Virus record (IMG/VR): IMGVR_UViG_3300017978_000189
DNA from: an uncultured virus (IMG/VR IMGVR_UViG_3300017978_000189)
Taxonomy: Duplodnaviria > Heunggongvirae > Uroviricota > Caudoviricetes
DNA: 20,000 nucleotides
Direction: 5' to 3' (one strand)
In this document: positions 7,658 to 16,600 of the stretch, one piece after another
Layout: each line of letters starts with the position of its first letter
Numbering within the stretch: the first letter of the stretch is position 1
Position numbers and translations under genes: made by a program
The notes under the pieces: model-generated
The model's input: only the letters and a program-made list of their open reading frames with translations
What the model was told of the DNA's origin: nothing
Databases searched by the model: none

Positions 7658-7684
7658 AAAAAGCACACTTCGGTGTGCTTTTTT
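7658..7684 (+). terminator. Rho-independent terminator with C(UUCG)G tetraloop
   Basis: AAAAAGCACAC-TTCG-GTGTGCTTTTT followed by T; carries a compensatory T-A to A-T pair change relative to the two previous copies. Confidence 0.92.
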
Positions 7685-7714
7685 AATGGCTGTAAAGGGC
7701 TATTGTACAATAAA

Positions 7715-7722
7715 GATAAATA
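7715..7722 (+). promoter_or_regulatory. Late promoter box GATAAATA for the fibre-like gene cluster
   Basis: Intergenic, after the terminator and upstream of ATG 7751. Confidence 0.65.
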
Positions 7723-7750
7723 CTACATAAAATAATATTTGGGACCATTC

Positions 7751-8440
7751 ATGGCAGTAGATGCATTCAATTCGGTGGGAGGGTATACAGTTGGTATCCC
7801 ACCTACACCTATTATTAGCGAAGCAGGTGATATCACAGCTCCATCGGCAACAGTTAATCAACTAACAGTTAATGGTGATGCAACTGTAACTGGTGCGATT
7901 AGCGCCGATGTGTTTCGCGGTAGTTTTGAAGGTCAAATTTCAGGTGATATTGTATTAACTGGTAATGATACTGAGGTTGTTTTTAATAAAAACGGCGAAG
8001 CGGCATCAGACATTGGGCTAACATTTGATTATGTTAACCAACGATTGAAAGTTCAAAAAGACTTATCTGCAAACTCATTTACATTGGGTACAGGTACGAA
8101 TGAATTTTCAACCGCATCAGTTATGTTTGCGATTACGAATAGTGCTGCGGCGGGACAAGTTTTACATTTTCAATTAGCATCTAGAATATGTTCAGTTGAT
8201 TATACAATCATTGCAACAGATGCAACATCAAACATCAGACAAACAAGCAAACTATTTGCTAGTGTATTGGGTGATGATGTTGGGTATTTTGAATACGGTA
8301 CAATTGATGTTCCGCAGTCAAGTCCAGGAGTAGCTGATTTTAAAGTAGAACATATTTCTGGCAACATAGCATTAACAGTGAAGCCCATGACAGCACACAG
8401 TACGTCATATAAGATTATGGTAACAAGTTATAAAGAATAA
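7751..8440 (+). CDS. Fibre-like virion structural protein (FN..GG..VG N-terminal family)
   Basis: Start re-assigned from TTG 7739 to ATG 7751: GGGA SD at 7741-7744, and MAVDAFNSVGGYTVG aligns with the N-termini of the next genes. Its ~90-aa C-terminal beta domain is shared with the 776-aa and 454-aa proteins. Confidence 0.8.
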   Translation: MAVDAFNSVGGYTVGIPPTPIISEAGDITAPSATVNQLTVNGDATVTGAISADVFRGSFEGQISGDIVLTGNDTEVVFNKNGEAASDIGLTFDYVNQRLKVQKDLSANSFTLGTGTNEFSTASVMFAITNSAAAGQVLHFQLASRICSVDYTIIATDATSNIRQTSKLFASVLGDDVGYFEYGTIDVPQSSPGVADFKVEHISGNIALTVKPMTAHSTSYKIMVTSYKE

Positions 8441-8451
8441 GGAAAAAAGAA

Positions 8452-10782
8452 ATGGCAATTAGAACCTTTAACTCGGTAGGTGGTTTTTCAGTAGGCGAGA
8501 ATCCAGAAACAATCATTCTACCTAATGGTGATATCACAACAGACTTTGCTACGTTTTCAGCAAACGTTGATGCAGGTAAAATTAAAACAGATTACTTGTT
8601 ATATGCAAACGGTGTGCCTTGGGACTTCCAAGAGGCAGCTGGTGCAGCCGATGGGCAAATTCAATATTACTTAGATGGTGATTTTGGTGCATCAAGTAAA
8701 TTTGTATTCGATCCAACTTCTAACGTATTGACAGTTACAGGTAATGCTAACGTATCAGACACCTTTGTAACAGGTAACTTGCGTACTGATAACTTGTTAT
8801 ATGCAAACGGTGTAGCATGGGACTTACAAGAAGCCGCAGGTTCTGACACACAGATTCAATTCAACACCGGTGATAATTTCGATGCAAGCGCAAACTTGAC
8901 ATTTGACAGTGCAAGTAATTTACTTAAGGTAACCGGCAATGCAAACGTAACAAACACTCTTGCAACGGGTAACTTACGCACAGACAATTTATTGTATGCT
9001 AACGGAGTTGCATGGGATATTCAGCAAGCAGCAGGTGATGCATCTCAGATTCAATTCAACACCGGTGACGACTTTGATGCAAGTGCTAACTTGACATTTG
9101 ACGCAACAAATAGCGTCTTGGCAGTTGTTGGAAAAGTCACAGTTACAGGTAATGTTGAAGCACCTAGATTCATCGGTAACTTAGTTGGCAACGTCACAGG
9201 CAATGTTAATTTTGGTGGAACTGACAAGACTATTGCGTTTGTTAAAGGAAGCAATTTATATTACAGTTCAAACCTACAGTTTGACTATACATCTAACGTA
9301 TTGACGTTAACCGGAAACTTAGAAGCATCTAATGCTAATTTAGGCAATCTAACGACTTCTAATTATTTCCATGGTGTATTCGATGCAACATCTTCTAGCC
9401 AACCTAATATTCATACAGTAGGGACGTTAGACTACTTGGATGTTGACACTACGATTACTGCAACAGATGTTGAGACTGGTAATTTGAGTGTTGCTGATAG
9501 AGTAGTAACTCATTTAATTCCTAGCACTGATAACACTTACGATTTAGGTAGCTCAACTAGTTACTGGCGCAATGTGTACGCAGGCTCAAACATTTTCTTT
9601 AATGATAATGCATATCTACGTGCAATTGGTTCAGTTGTATACACTGACGCAATGTACATCGAAAACGGTATGTCGGCAGACACTGTTACATCACGTGGTG
9701 ATGCGTTCTTAGAAGGCGATGTAACCGTTTCAGGTAATTTGACTGTAAGCGGTTCAACTACTTACATTAACGTAACTAACATGGATGTTAAAGATCCGTT
9801 GATTAGTCTAGGTGGTTCTGGTAACGGTGCAAACTTAGCACACTATGATGGTAAAGACCGCGGCTTAGTATTACGTAACAGAACAAGCGATGACCAGTTT
9901 GTACAAAACCAAGCGTTCATTTGGAGTACAACAAACGATGAATTCCGAGCATTTGCTAATGTTACTTCTATTGCTGGTGAAGTTGTAGAAGGCGACATCT
10001 ACGCTAACATTCATGGTAACGTATTTAAAGGTAATGTTGAAGGTTTAATCTTAACGAACAATCAAACTTATATTAATCAAGTTGGTGTGTTGGATGACTT
10101 AGTAGTTGACGGCACATTGCAAGTTAATACTCATGCAAACGTTGCGTCATTTGAAGCAAGCGGAATGCAATACCCATTGACTGATGGTTCACAACGTCAA
10201 GTGTTGAGTACAGACGGTCAAGGTGAATTATATTGGGCAACGATTGATACATATCGTTTGGCTAATGGTACAAGTAATGTGTCTGTTGCAGGTCCCGGAC
10301 CAGACAATCCAACAGGTCTTGGTGGCACAGTTTCAGTGTCAGTTGGTGGAGTTGCTGATGTAGTAGTTATTGACACTAACCAAGTAGATATTACTGGCAA
10401 TCTAGTAGTAACAGATACTACAACGACTAATGTATTAAAAGTTGCAAATAGCACTGTTGGCACAGCGGTCTTAACTACATCAAGTATTTCTACTGACACT
10501 ATCTTATCACTAGCAGTTGCAGATTTTAGAGCAGTTGAATACTTTATTAAGGGCGAAGATGACACCGCATATAAGTATAGCGTAGCGACAATTTCTGCTG
10601 TGCATAATAGCGTTGATGCTGTTGAATATTCAACATACGGTGCGATTCATTCGGGTGCATCAACTGGAACATTTGATGTAGTGTATGATGATTCTGATCC
10701 TGATAATCATTTAATTAAATTAAAGGTAACTCCGTCGTCTGGCAATGAAACAGTCTGGACAGTACAGTATAGAATAATTTAA
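8452..10782 (+). CDS. Fibre-like virion structural protein with internal ~65-aa repeats
   Basis: 776 aa; G/T/N/V/A-rich; three TDxLLYANGVxWDxQxAAG repeats; KDP..DGKDRG module; shared C-terminal domain (DFRAVEYFI..H..YG.I); SD AAGGA. Confidence 0.85.
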   Translation: MAIRTFNSVGGFSVGENPETIILPNGDITTDFATFSANVDAGKIKTDYLLYANGVPWDFQEAAGAADGQIQYYLDGDFGASSKFVFDPTSNVLTVTGNANVSDTFVTGNLRTDNLLYANGVAWDLQEAAGSDTQIQFNTGDNFDASANLTFDSASNLLKVTGNANVTNTLATGNLRTDNLLYANGVAWDIQQAAGDASQIQFNTGDDFDASANLTFDATNSVLAVVGKVTVTGNVEAPRFIGNLVGNVTGNVNFGGTDKTIAFVKGSNLYYSSNLQFDYTSNVLTLTGNLEASNANLGNLTTSNYFHGVFDATSSSQPNIHTVGTLDYLDVDTTITATDVETGNLSVADRVVTHLIPSTDNTYDLGSSTSYWRNVYAGSNIFFNDNAYLRAIGSVVYTDAMYIENGMSADTVTSRGDAFLEGDVTVSGNLTVSGSTTYINVTNMDVKDPLISLGGSGNGANLAHYDGKDRGLVLRNRTSDDQFVQNQAFIWSTTNDEFRAFANVTSIAGEVVEGDIYANIHGNVFKGNVEGLILTNNQTYINQVGVLDDLVVDGTLQVNTHANVASFEASGMQYPLTDGSQRQVLSTDGQGELYWATIDTYRLANGTSNVSVAGPGPDNPTGLGGTVSVSVGGVADVVVIDTNQVDITGNLVVTDTTTTNVLKVANSTVGTAVLTTSSISTDTILSLAVADFRAVEYFIKGEDDTAYKYSVATISAVHNSVDAVEYSTYGAIHSGASTGTFDVVYDDSDPDNHLIKLKVTPSSGNETVWTVQYRII
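8587..9110 (+). repeat. Three tandem ~195-198-nt coding repeats
   Basis: Units begin at about 8587, 8785 and 8980; CAGATTCAATTCAACACCGGTGA is identical at 8851-8873 and 9046-9068. Confidence 0.85.
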
Positions 10783-10802
10783 TCGCTATATAGGAAAACA
10801 TT

Positions 10803-12167
10803 ATGGCAATTAAAAAGTTCAACGCAATCGCAGGAATCTCAGTGGGTGATGTAATCATCCACGAGGTTATTGATGATTCTGCAAGTGTGATGGCTAACAA
10901 CCTAACAGTTTCCAATATCGCTGATTTAGGTGATGTTGCTAACGTTAGGGTTGCTGGCGGCACATCTGGTTTCGTATTGCAAACTGACGGCTCTGGAAAT
11001 TTATCTTGGACTAACCCGGCAGATGTAGGTTGTGTTGGATTTGACACTCACGTTCAGTTTAACGACATGGGTTTGTTTGGTGCAGACTCTAGATTTACAT
11101 TCGACAAACTTACTGGAAAACTCTCAGCTCCTTACCTAGATGGTACACTGACTACTCACGCACAAGCAAACATTACTAGCGTGGGTGTATTAGAGAGTTT
11201 AGATGTTACTGGTTTAGTAACATTAACCTCAGTTGATAATTTGATATTGCCCGGTGGTTCTGCTGGATATGTTCTGACAACGAATGGACAGGGCGTAGTA
11301 AATTGGGAACCATCTTCAGGTGGTGGCTCAATAACTGAATCAGGTTTTATTGGCATAAACAAAAACAGATTTACTGCTGATGGCACACAAACTTCGTTTA
11401 CCTTAACATCTGATCCTGTTTCAGTTGATAACGTTGTAGTTAACATTGATGGATTAGTACAACAAGAACCATCATATGATTTAGTTAACGGTGCTATCGT
11501 TTTCGGAGAAGCCCCATTAGAAGGACAACACATTGAAGTGACAATGTACCACACTGTTGCTGGTTCATCTGACCCAGCTTCAGTTCCTTCAACAGAAGTC
11601 ATGTATGGTTCTGGTTCTGGTTTTGCAAGTGATGAAGATTTCACATTTAATGCAAGCACTTCTACTTTATCAGCACCTAACGTAAACGTCACTGGTGGGT
11701 ATTTAACAGTTGGAACAGCTCCGATTGCAGTAGTAAACGGAACAGCTGGTGCATTTAATACCGGTGTAACTAACGTTAACTTGGGTCTAGGTAGTAATGT
11801 TACTATTGGTTCAACTTCAGGTACTGTCACAGTTCGTGGTTCACTGCAAACAAACAGAATCGCAAGTAGTAACCAAACTGTTCAAGTCGATGGACTTGCA
11901 GTGTTAGATTCGTTCGCGGCTACTGATTTTAGGTCAGCTAAATATATTATAAGAGCAAGTAGCGATTTTGGGTATCAATCAATCGAAGTATTAATGATAC
12001 ATGATGATGTTGATGCTTTCATTACAATTTACGGTGATATTTCAACTTCTGATGTAGACGTTGTTGAAATTACTGCTGAGATTTCAGCGGGAAATGTTGA
12101 ATTGTATGCAACTTCAATCGCTGCGAATACGACAGTAAAAATAATGGGGACTTACTTAGCCGACTAA
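10803..12167 (+). CDS. Fibre-like virion structural protein
   Basis: 454 aa; starts MAIKKFNAIAGISVG; two GG..G.VL.T.G.G...W motifs; one FTADGTQTSFTL..V.IDGLVQ..Y..F.EAP..G..IEV module; C-terminal DFRSAKYII..IHD..YG.I domain; SD AGGA. Confidence 0.85.
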   Translation: MAIKKFNAIAGISVGDVIIHEVIDDSASVMANNLTVSNIADLGDVANVRVAGGTSGFVLQTDGSGNLSWTNPADVGCVGFDTHVQFNDMGLFGADSRFTFDKLTGKLSAPYLDGTLTTHAQANITSVGVLESLDVTGLVTLTSVDNLILPGGSAGYVLTTNGQGVVNWEPSSGGGSITESGFIGINKNRFTADGTQTSFTLTSDPVSVDNVVVNIDGLVQQEPSYDLVNGAIVFGEAPLEGQHIEVTMYHTVAGSSDPASVPSTEVMYGSGSGFASDEDFTFNASTSTLSAPNVNVTGGYLTVGTAPIAVVNGTAGAFNTGVTNVNLGLGSNVTIGSTSGTVTVRGSLQTNRIASSNQTVQVDGLAVLDSFAATDFRSAKYIIRASSDFGYQSIEVLMIHDDVDAFITIYGDISTSDVDVVEITAEISAGNVELYATSIAANTTVKIMGTYLAD

Positions 12168-12182
12168 GCAAGTATAAAATAG

Positions 12183-12761
12183 ATGGTAACAAAAAAGTTT
12201 AACGTCAGAGATGGTTTAAAAGCAGGTAGCATTGTACTTGATTCCGTAACGGGTAAGATTAACGCCGTTGACTTAGACGTAACAAACAAAGTATCGGCAG
12301 TAGAATTATCAGTCGATAAAGTCTCATCAAACATTATCCCTAAAACAAACAACACTTACGATATCGGTGAGGTAGCTAAGAAGTTCAAAGACTTACACCT
12401 TGCTGGTAACATCAATATCGGTACTCAGACTATCTCTGCTACTGCATCAGGGCTAGCATTGTCGGGCACATTGGAAGTTACTACTGCAAATGCGACTACT
12501 GTTAACGCTACAACTGTCAACACAACCAGCCTAAATACTGACGTAGCAACGGTTAATGAGCAATTGGTCATAAATAGTACTATAGATGCTACATCCACGG
12601 ATACAGGCTCTATCGTAACAGCAGGCGGTGTCGGCATTATGAAAGATTTGTATGTAGGTGGTGCGATTCATTTGGCTAACGGTCTCGGTGGGACTGGGTC
12701 AAAGGGTAAAATCAACTACAATGATGGTGTTGATAGTATCGATTTTAATTTTAACGGATAA
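12183..12761 (+). CDS. Short fibre-like protein (possible proximal segment)
   Basis: 192 aa; N-terminus MVTKKFNVRDGLKAG resembles those of the three upstream genes; IP..NNTYDIG module; C-terminus homologous to that of the 1398-aa protein. Confidence 0.8.
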   Translation: MVTKKFNVRDGLKAGSIVLDSVTGKINAVDLDVTNKVSAVELSVDKVSSNIIPKTNNTYDIGEVAKKFKDLHLAGNINIGTQTISATASGLALSGTLEVTTANATTVNATTVNTTSLNTDVATVNEQLVINSTIDATSTDTGSIVTAGGVGIMKDLYVGGAIHLANGLGGTGSKGKINYNDGVDSIDFNFNG

Positions 12762-12766
12762 AATTT

Positions 12767-13624
12767 ATGACAAGTACAGTTGGTGCAAGATTAGTGAATG
12801 ATGGTACGCTGATTACAGCGGGGGAGTTCGATGAGACTCTCCAATCCACGCATTCAATCAAAGCTACCGGAGTCTTTGCCGAAGAATTTGATGAAATTAC
12901 TTTACCTGCAGGTCTACCTTCAGGTGGTGCGATTTCATTTAATGGCACATCCCAATATTTAACAATCTTGGGCGACATTGACTTTGGTTTCGGAACAGGT
13001 GATTTTACAATCGAGGGATGGTTCTTCTTACGAAGCACAGCCCATATGCGTTTGTGGTATTTCCCTGGTGGCGACACATTAGAAGTCAACGATGGGGTTC
13101 TATATTATTGGGATGGTACTGACAGCAACGGTGTTGTCACTTCAGGTCCTAGCGCAATTCCGCAGCAACAATGGTTCCATATTGCCCTTGAAAAACACAA
13201 TGGTGTGGTCAACGGCTACATTAATGGTCAATCTCATATTACAGATAACTCACCTTACTCTGGTACGAACAGTCGTGCTATGTCAATCGGTGGTGACTTA
13301 ACCGGTGATACTGATACTCTTTTATATGGCTACGCTACTAACATTAGAGTAGTTAAAGGTATCGCAGTTTACAGAGGTGAGTTCGACATGCCTGTTGAAT
13401 CTTTATCTGATACACAAAATACTGTATTGTTGTTGAAAGTAGCAAATCAAACTGATATGTTATTAGATTCTTCATCAACTGGCAAGCAGGTAACGAATAA
13501 CGGTAGTGCACCGTTTGATTCAATTACTCCATTAACGACAGTGTACAATGGGGCAATGAAACAATTAAGGTCAGGAACATTGCAAGTTGCAAATATCATT
13601 GACGAAGTAACAACTATAAGTTAA
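12767..13624 (+). CDS. FDE-repeat protein with an inserted Concanavalin A-like/LamG lectin domain
   Basis: 285 aa; LamG-type motifs FGTGDFTIEGWF, QWFHIAL..NG...GYING and GYATNIRVVKG.AVY. The flanks align with the entire 75-aa protein at 17863. Confidence 0.8.
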   Translation: MTSTVGARLVNDGTLITAGEFDETLQSTHSIKATGVFAEEFDEITLPAGLPSGGAISFNGTSQYLTILGDIDFGFGTGDFTIEGWFFLRSTAHMRLWYFPGGDTLEVNDGVLYYWDGTDSNGVVTSGPSAIPQQQWFHIALEKHNGVVNGYINGQSHITDNSPYSGTNSRAMSIGGDLTGDTDTLLYGYATNIRVVKGIAVYRGEFDMPVESLSDTQNTVLLLKVANQTDMLLDSSSTGKQVTNNGSAPFDSITPLTTVYNGAMKQLRSGTLQVANIIDEVTTIS

Positions 13625-13656
13625 TACATTATAGAAAACCAAAAGGAAAATAAAAA

Positions 13657-16600
13657 ATGGCAAAGTTAAAAGACTCTAGAGTTTACGGTAATCTCGACAT
13701 TGATAGTGTATTGACCGTAGCAAGCGACACAACTATCAATGGTAACTTGACGGTTACCGGTAACACTATCTACTCTTATGTAGATACAATGAAAATTACA
13801 GACCCAATCTTGGAATTGGGCGGCGGCGCTGATGGTGCAGCTTTAGAAACAGACGACGGTAAAGACCGCGGTGAATTACTTCACTACTATGACGGTGGTG
13901 TTATTGATGCGTTCATGGGCTGGGATAACTCAGCAAGCGAATTCGCATTAGGTAGTAACGTTTCTGTTACTAACGAAGTTGTTACATTCAACACATATGG
14001 TAACTTACGTGCTGGCACATTCTTTGGTAATGGTTCTGGCTTAACTAGTCTTGCAGGTAGCAACGTTACTGGTACAGTTGGTTATGCTAACATGTCATCA
14101 TATGCAGGTATCGTAACTGCAAGTTCACAACCAAACATCACATCTGTCGGTACACTAGTTGATATCGCTACAAGTGGAAACATTACTGCTGACGGCACAC
14201 TAGAAGTTACTGGTGAAAGTACATTGACAGGTGACGTATCAATGTCAGGCAATGCAACTGTTACAGGTAACTTGACTGTTACTGGTACAATTTATGCTGA
14301 CGTTGCTGGTTCATTGACTGCCCCTGGTACAACTACTCAAGTATTGTTTAACGACGGTGGACAAGTTAACGCAGTTGCAGGTTTCACATTCAACAAGTCA
14401 ACTCAATCATTGACATTAGCTGGTGACCTTACTGGTGACACGATTACAGGTAACTTGTTCTCAGGTGACGCTGGTAGCTTATCAAATATCGTAGGTGCCA
14501 ACGTAACTGGTTACGTTCCAGACGCAGACCATGCTACTATTGCTAACGTTGCTAACGTTGCTTACTCGATTGCTGGCGGAAACGTTTCAGGTGAAGTCGC
14601 AGTAGCAAATACAGTTTCTAACCCAACACAAGGTAATATTACTAGTGTCGGTACATTAACAAGTTTGACTGTTTCTGGTAATATTTCTGGTCAAGCTAAT
14701 CTAGCTATTACAAGCAACGCTACTATCGGTGGTGACCTTGCTGTAACAGGCGACATTTCCGGTGCAGATGGTACGTTCTCTGGTACGATGGAAGTTACTG
14801 GTAACGCAAACGTTGCTAATTTAGGTACAGGTATTGTATCTGCAACAGGCAATGTTACTGGTGCAAACTTGAATACTGCTGGTACTGCAAACATCGGTAA
14901 CTTAGAAATTTCAGGTAAGACAAAGGGTCACTTGATCCCAGACGCAAACGTTACATACGATTTGGGTAATTTGTCACATCGTTGGAATGACTTGTATCTA
15001 AGCGGTGACACAATTTATTTGGGCGACCAGACTATCGAAGCCAATGCAACTGCATTGTTCACTAGTGCTGACCTTGGTGCAAATAATATCACAGCAACAG
15101 CAAACGTTACTGCTAGTAATGTTTATGCTAACTCTGGAACAGTTAAAGCTGCCCACTTTGTTGGTACAATCGACACTGCTTCACAAACTAACATCACTCA
15201 AGTTGGTACATTGGTATCACTAGATGTTACAGGTAACGCTGCTGTTGGTAACTTATTGACTGACCACTTGCTATACGCAAACGGTCAACCTTGGGACTTG
15301 CAACAAGCTGCTGGTTCTACTGGACAACTACAATTCAATGATGGTAATGATTTTGCTGCAAGCGCAAACTTAACATACAGCAACACAGGCGCAGGTACTT
15401 TAACTGCTGCCGGTAACATTGCTGCTGCTAAATTATCATCTACTGGAAACACTGAAGTTGGTGCTGATTTATCTGTAACAGGTAATGCTTCTGTAACAGG
15501 TGACATCACTGGTGCTTCTATTGATGTTTCAGGTACTGCAACTTCTGGCAACGTATCAACAACAGACGTAACTGCTACTGGTAATGTTTCTGCTACTGGT
15601 AATGTTTCTGCTGACACAGTTGTTACTAACGATGTTGTTGCATCTTCAGGCGACTTGACTCTAAGCGGTCAAGGTACAAACGCTAACGTTGTTCTAGCTC
15701 CAACAGGTACTGGTACAATTTCTGCTTCAAGCAAGCGCATTACTAACTTGGCTACTCCATCTGCTGATACTGACGCAGTTACAAAGGGTTATGTTGATTC
15801 TGTTGCTCAGGGTCTCGATGTTAAAGATTCAGTACGTGCTGCTACTACTACTGCATTGGCTGATGCAACATACGATGACAGCGCAAAGACTATCACTGGT
15901 GGTCAAGCTGCATTGATGATTGACGGTGTTGGTGTAGAAAATGGCGACAGAGTTCTTGTTAAGGATCAAGCCGATGCTAACGAAAACGGTATCTATACTG
16001 TAACTGCAAAAGGTTCTGTATCAGCAAGCTGGGTGTTGACTCGTGCTAGTGACTTTGATGAAGCAACTGATGTTGTATCGGCATTCACTTTCATTGAAGA
16101 AGGTTTTAGTTACGCAGATACTGGTTGGGTTTGTACAACAAACGCTCCTGTAACTCTAGGCACAACTAACATTGTTTGGAGTCAATTCTCCGGCGCAGGC
16201 GCATACACTGCCGACAACGGTATTGAATTAGACGGTACAGTATTCAAAGCAATTGTTGACAATTCAACAATTGATATTGTAGGTGGCGCATTGCACGTTA
16301 AAGATGGTTTGACTTTAGTTACACCAAATATCGGCGCTGCAACTGGTACAAGTTTAGATTTATCAGGTAGTGTTGACGTTGGTGGTGACCTTGCTGTTAC
16401 TGGAAACGTTGATGCAAACAACTTCAACGGTACATTCTACGGTTCTTTCGTTGGTACAGTTGATGCGACAGTTGGTGCTGCTGGTTCTAACACTGAAATT
16501 CAGTTTAACGATGCTGGCAACATTGGTGCAAGCACTGCATTCACGTTCAATAAAACTTCAAACACTCTAAGTATTGTTAACATTACAGCAACTGGTGACG

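Noticed and set aside
6805..7684. Three palindromic repeats AAGCAC(T/A)CTTCGG(A/T)GTGCTT as a CRISPR mini-array
   Set aside because: They are separated by ~380-480 nt containing whole genes, have UUCG loops with U-tails, and no cas genes are present; they are terminators.
7739..7750. TTG start at 7739 given by the ORF track
   Set aside because: ATG 7751 has a GGGA SD and aligns with the paralogous N-termini.
15730..16200. Bacterial trimeric autotransporter adhesin, suggested by the YadA-like neck motif
   Set aside because: No signal peptide and no recognisable C-terminal beta-barrel anchor; the context is a phage structural operon.
1202..16570. Alternative-frame + strand ORFs (1202, 2375, 5818, 6991, 13092, 15005, 16370)
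   Set aside because: Short, wholly or almost wholly nested in strong genes, with Leu/Val/Gln-rich off-frame composition and no translation signals.
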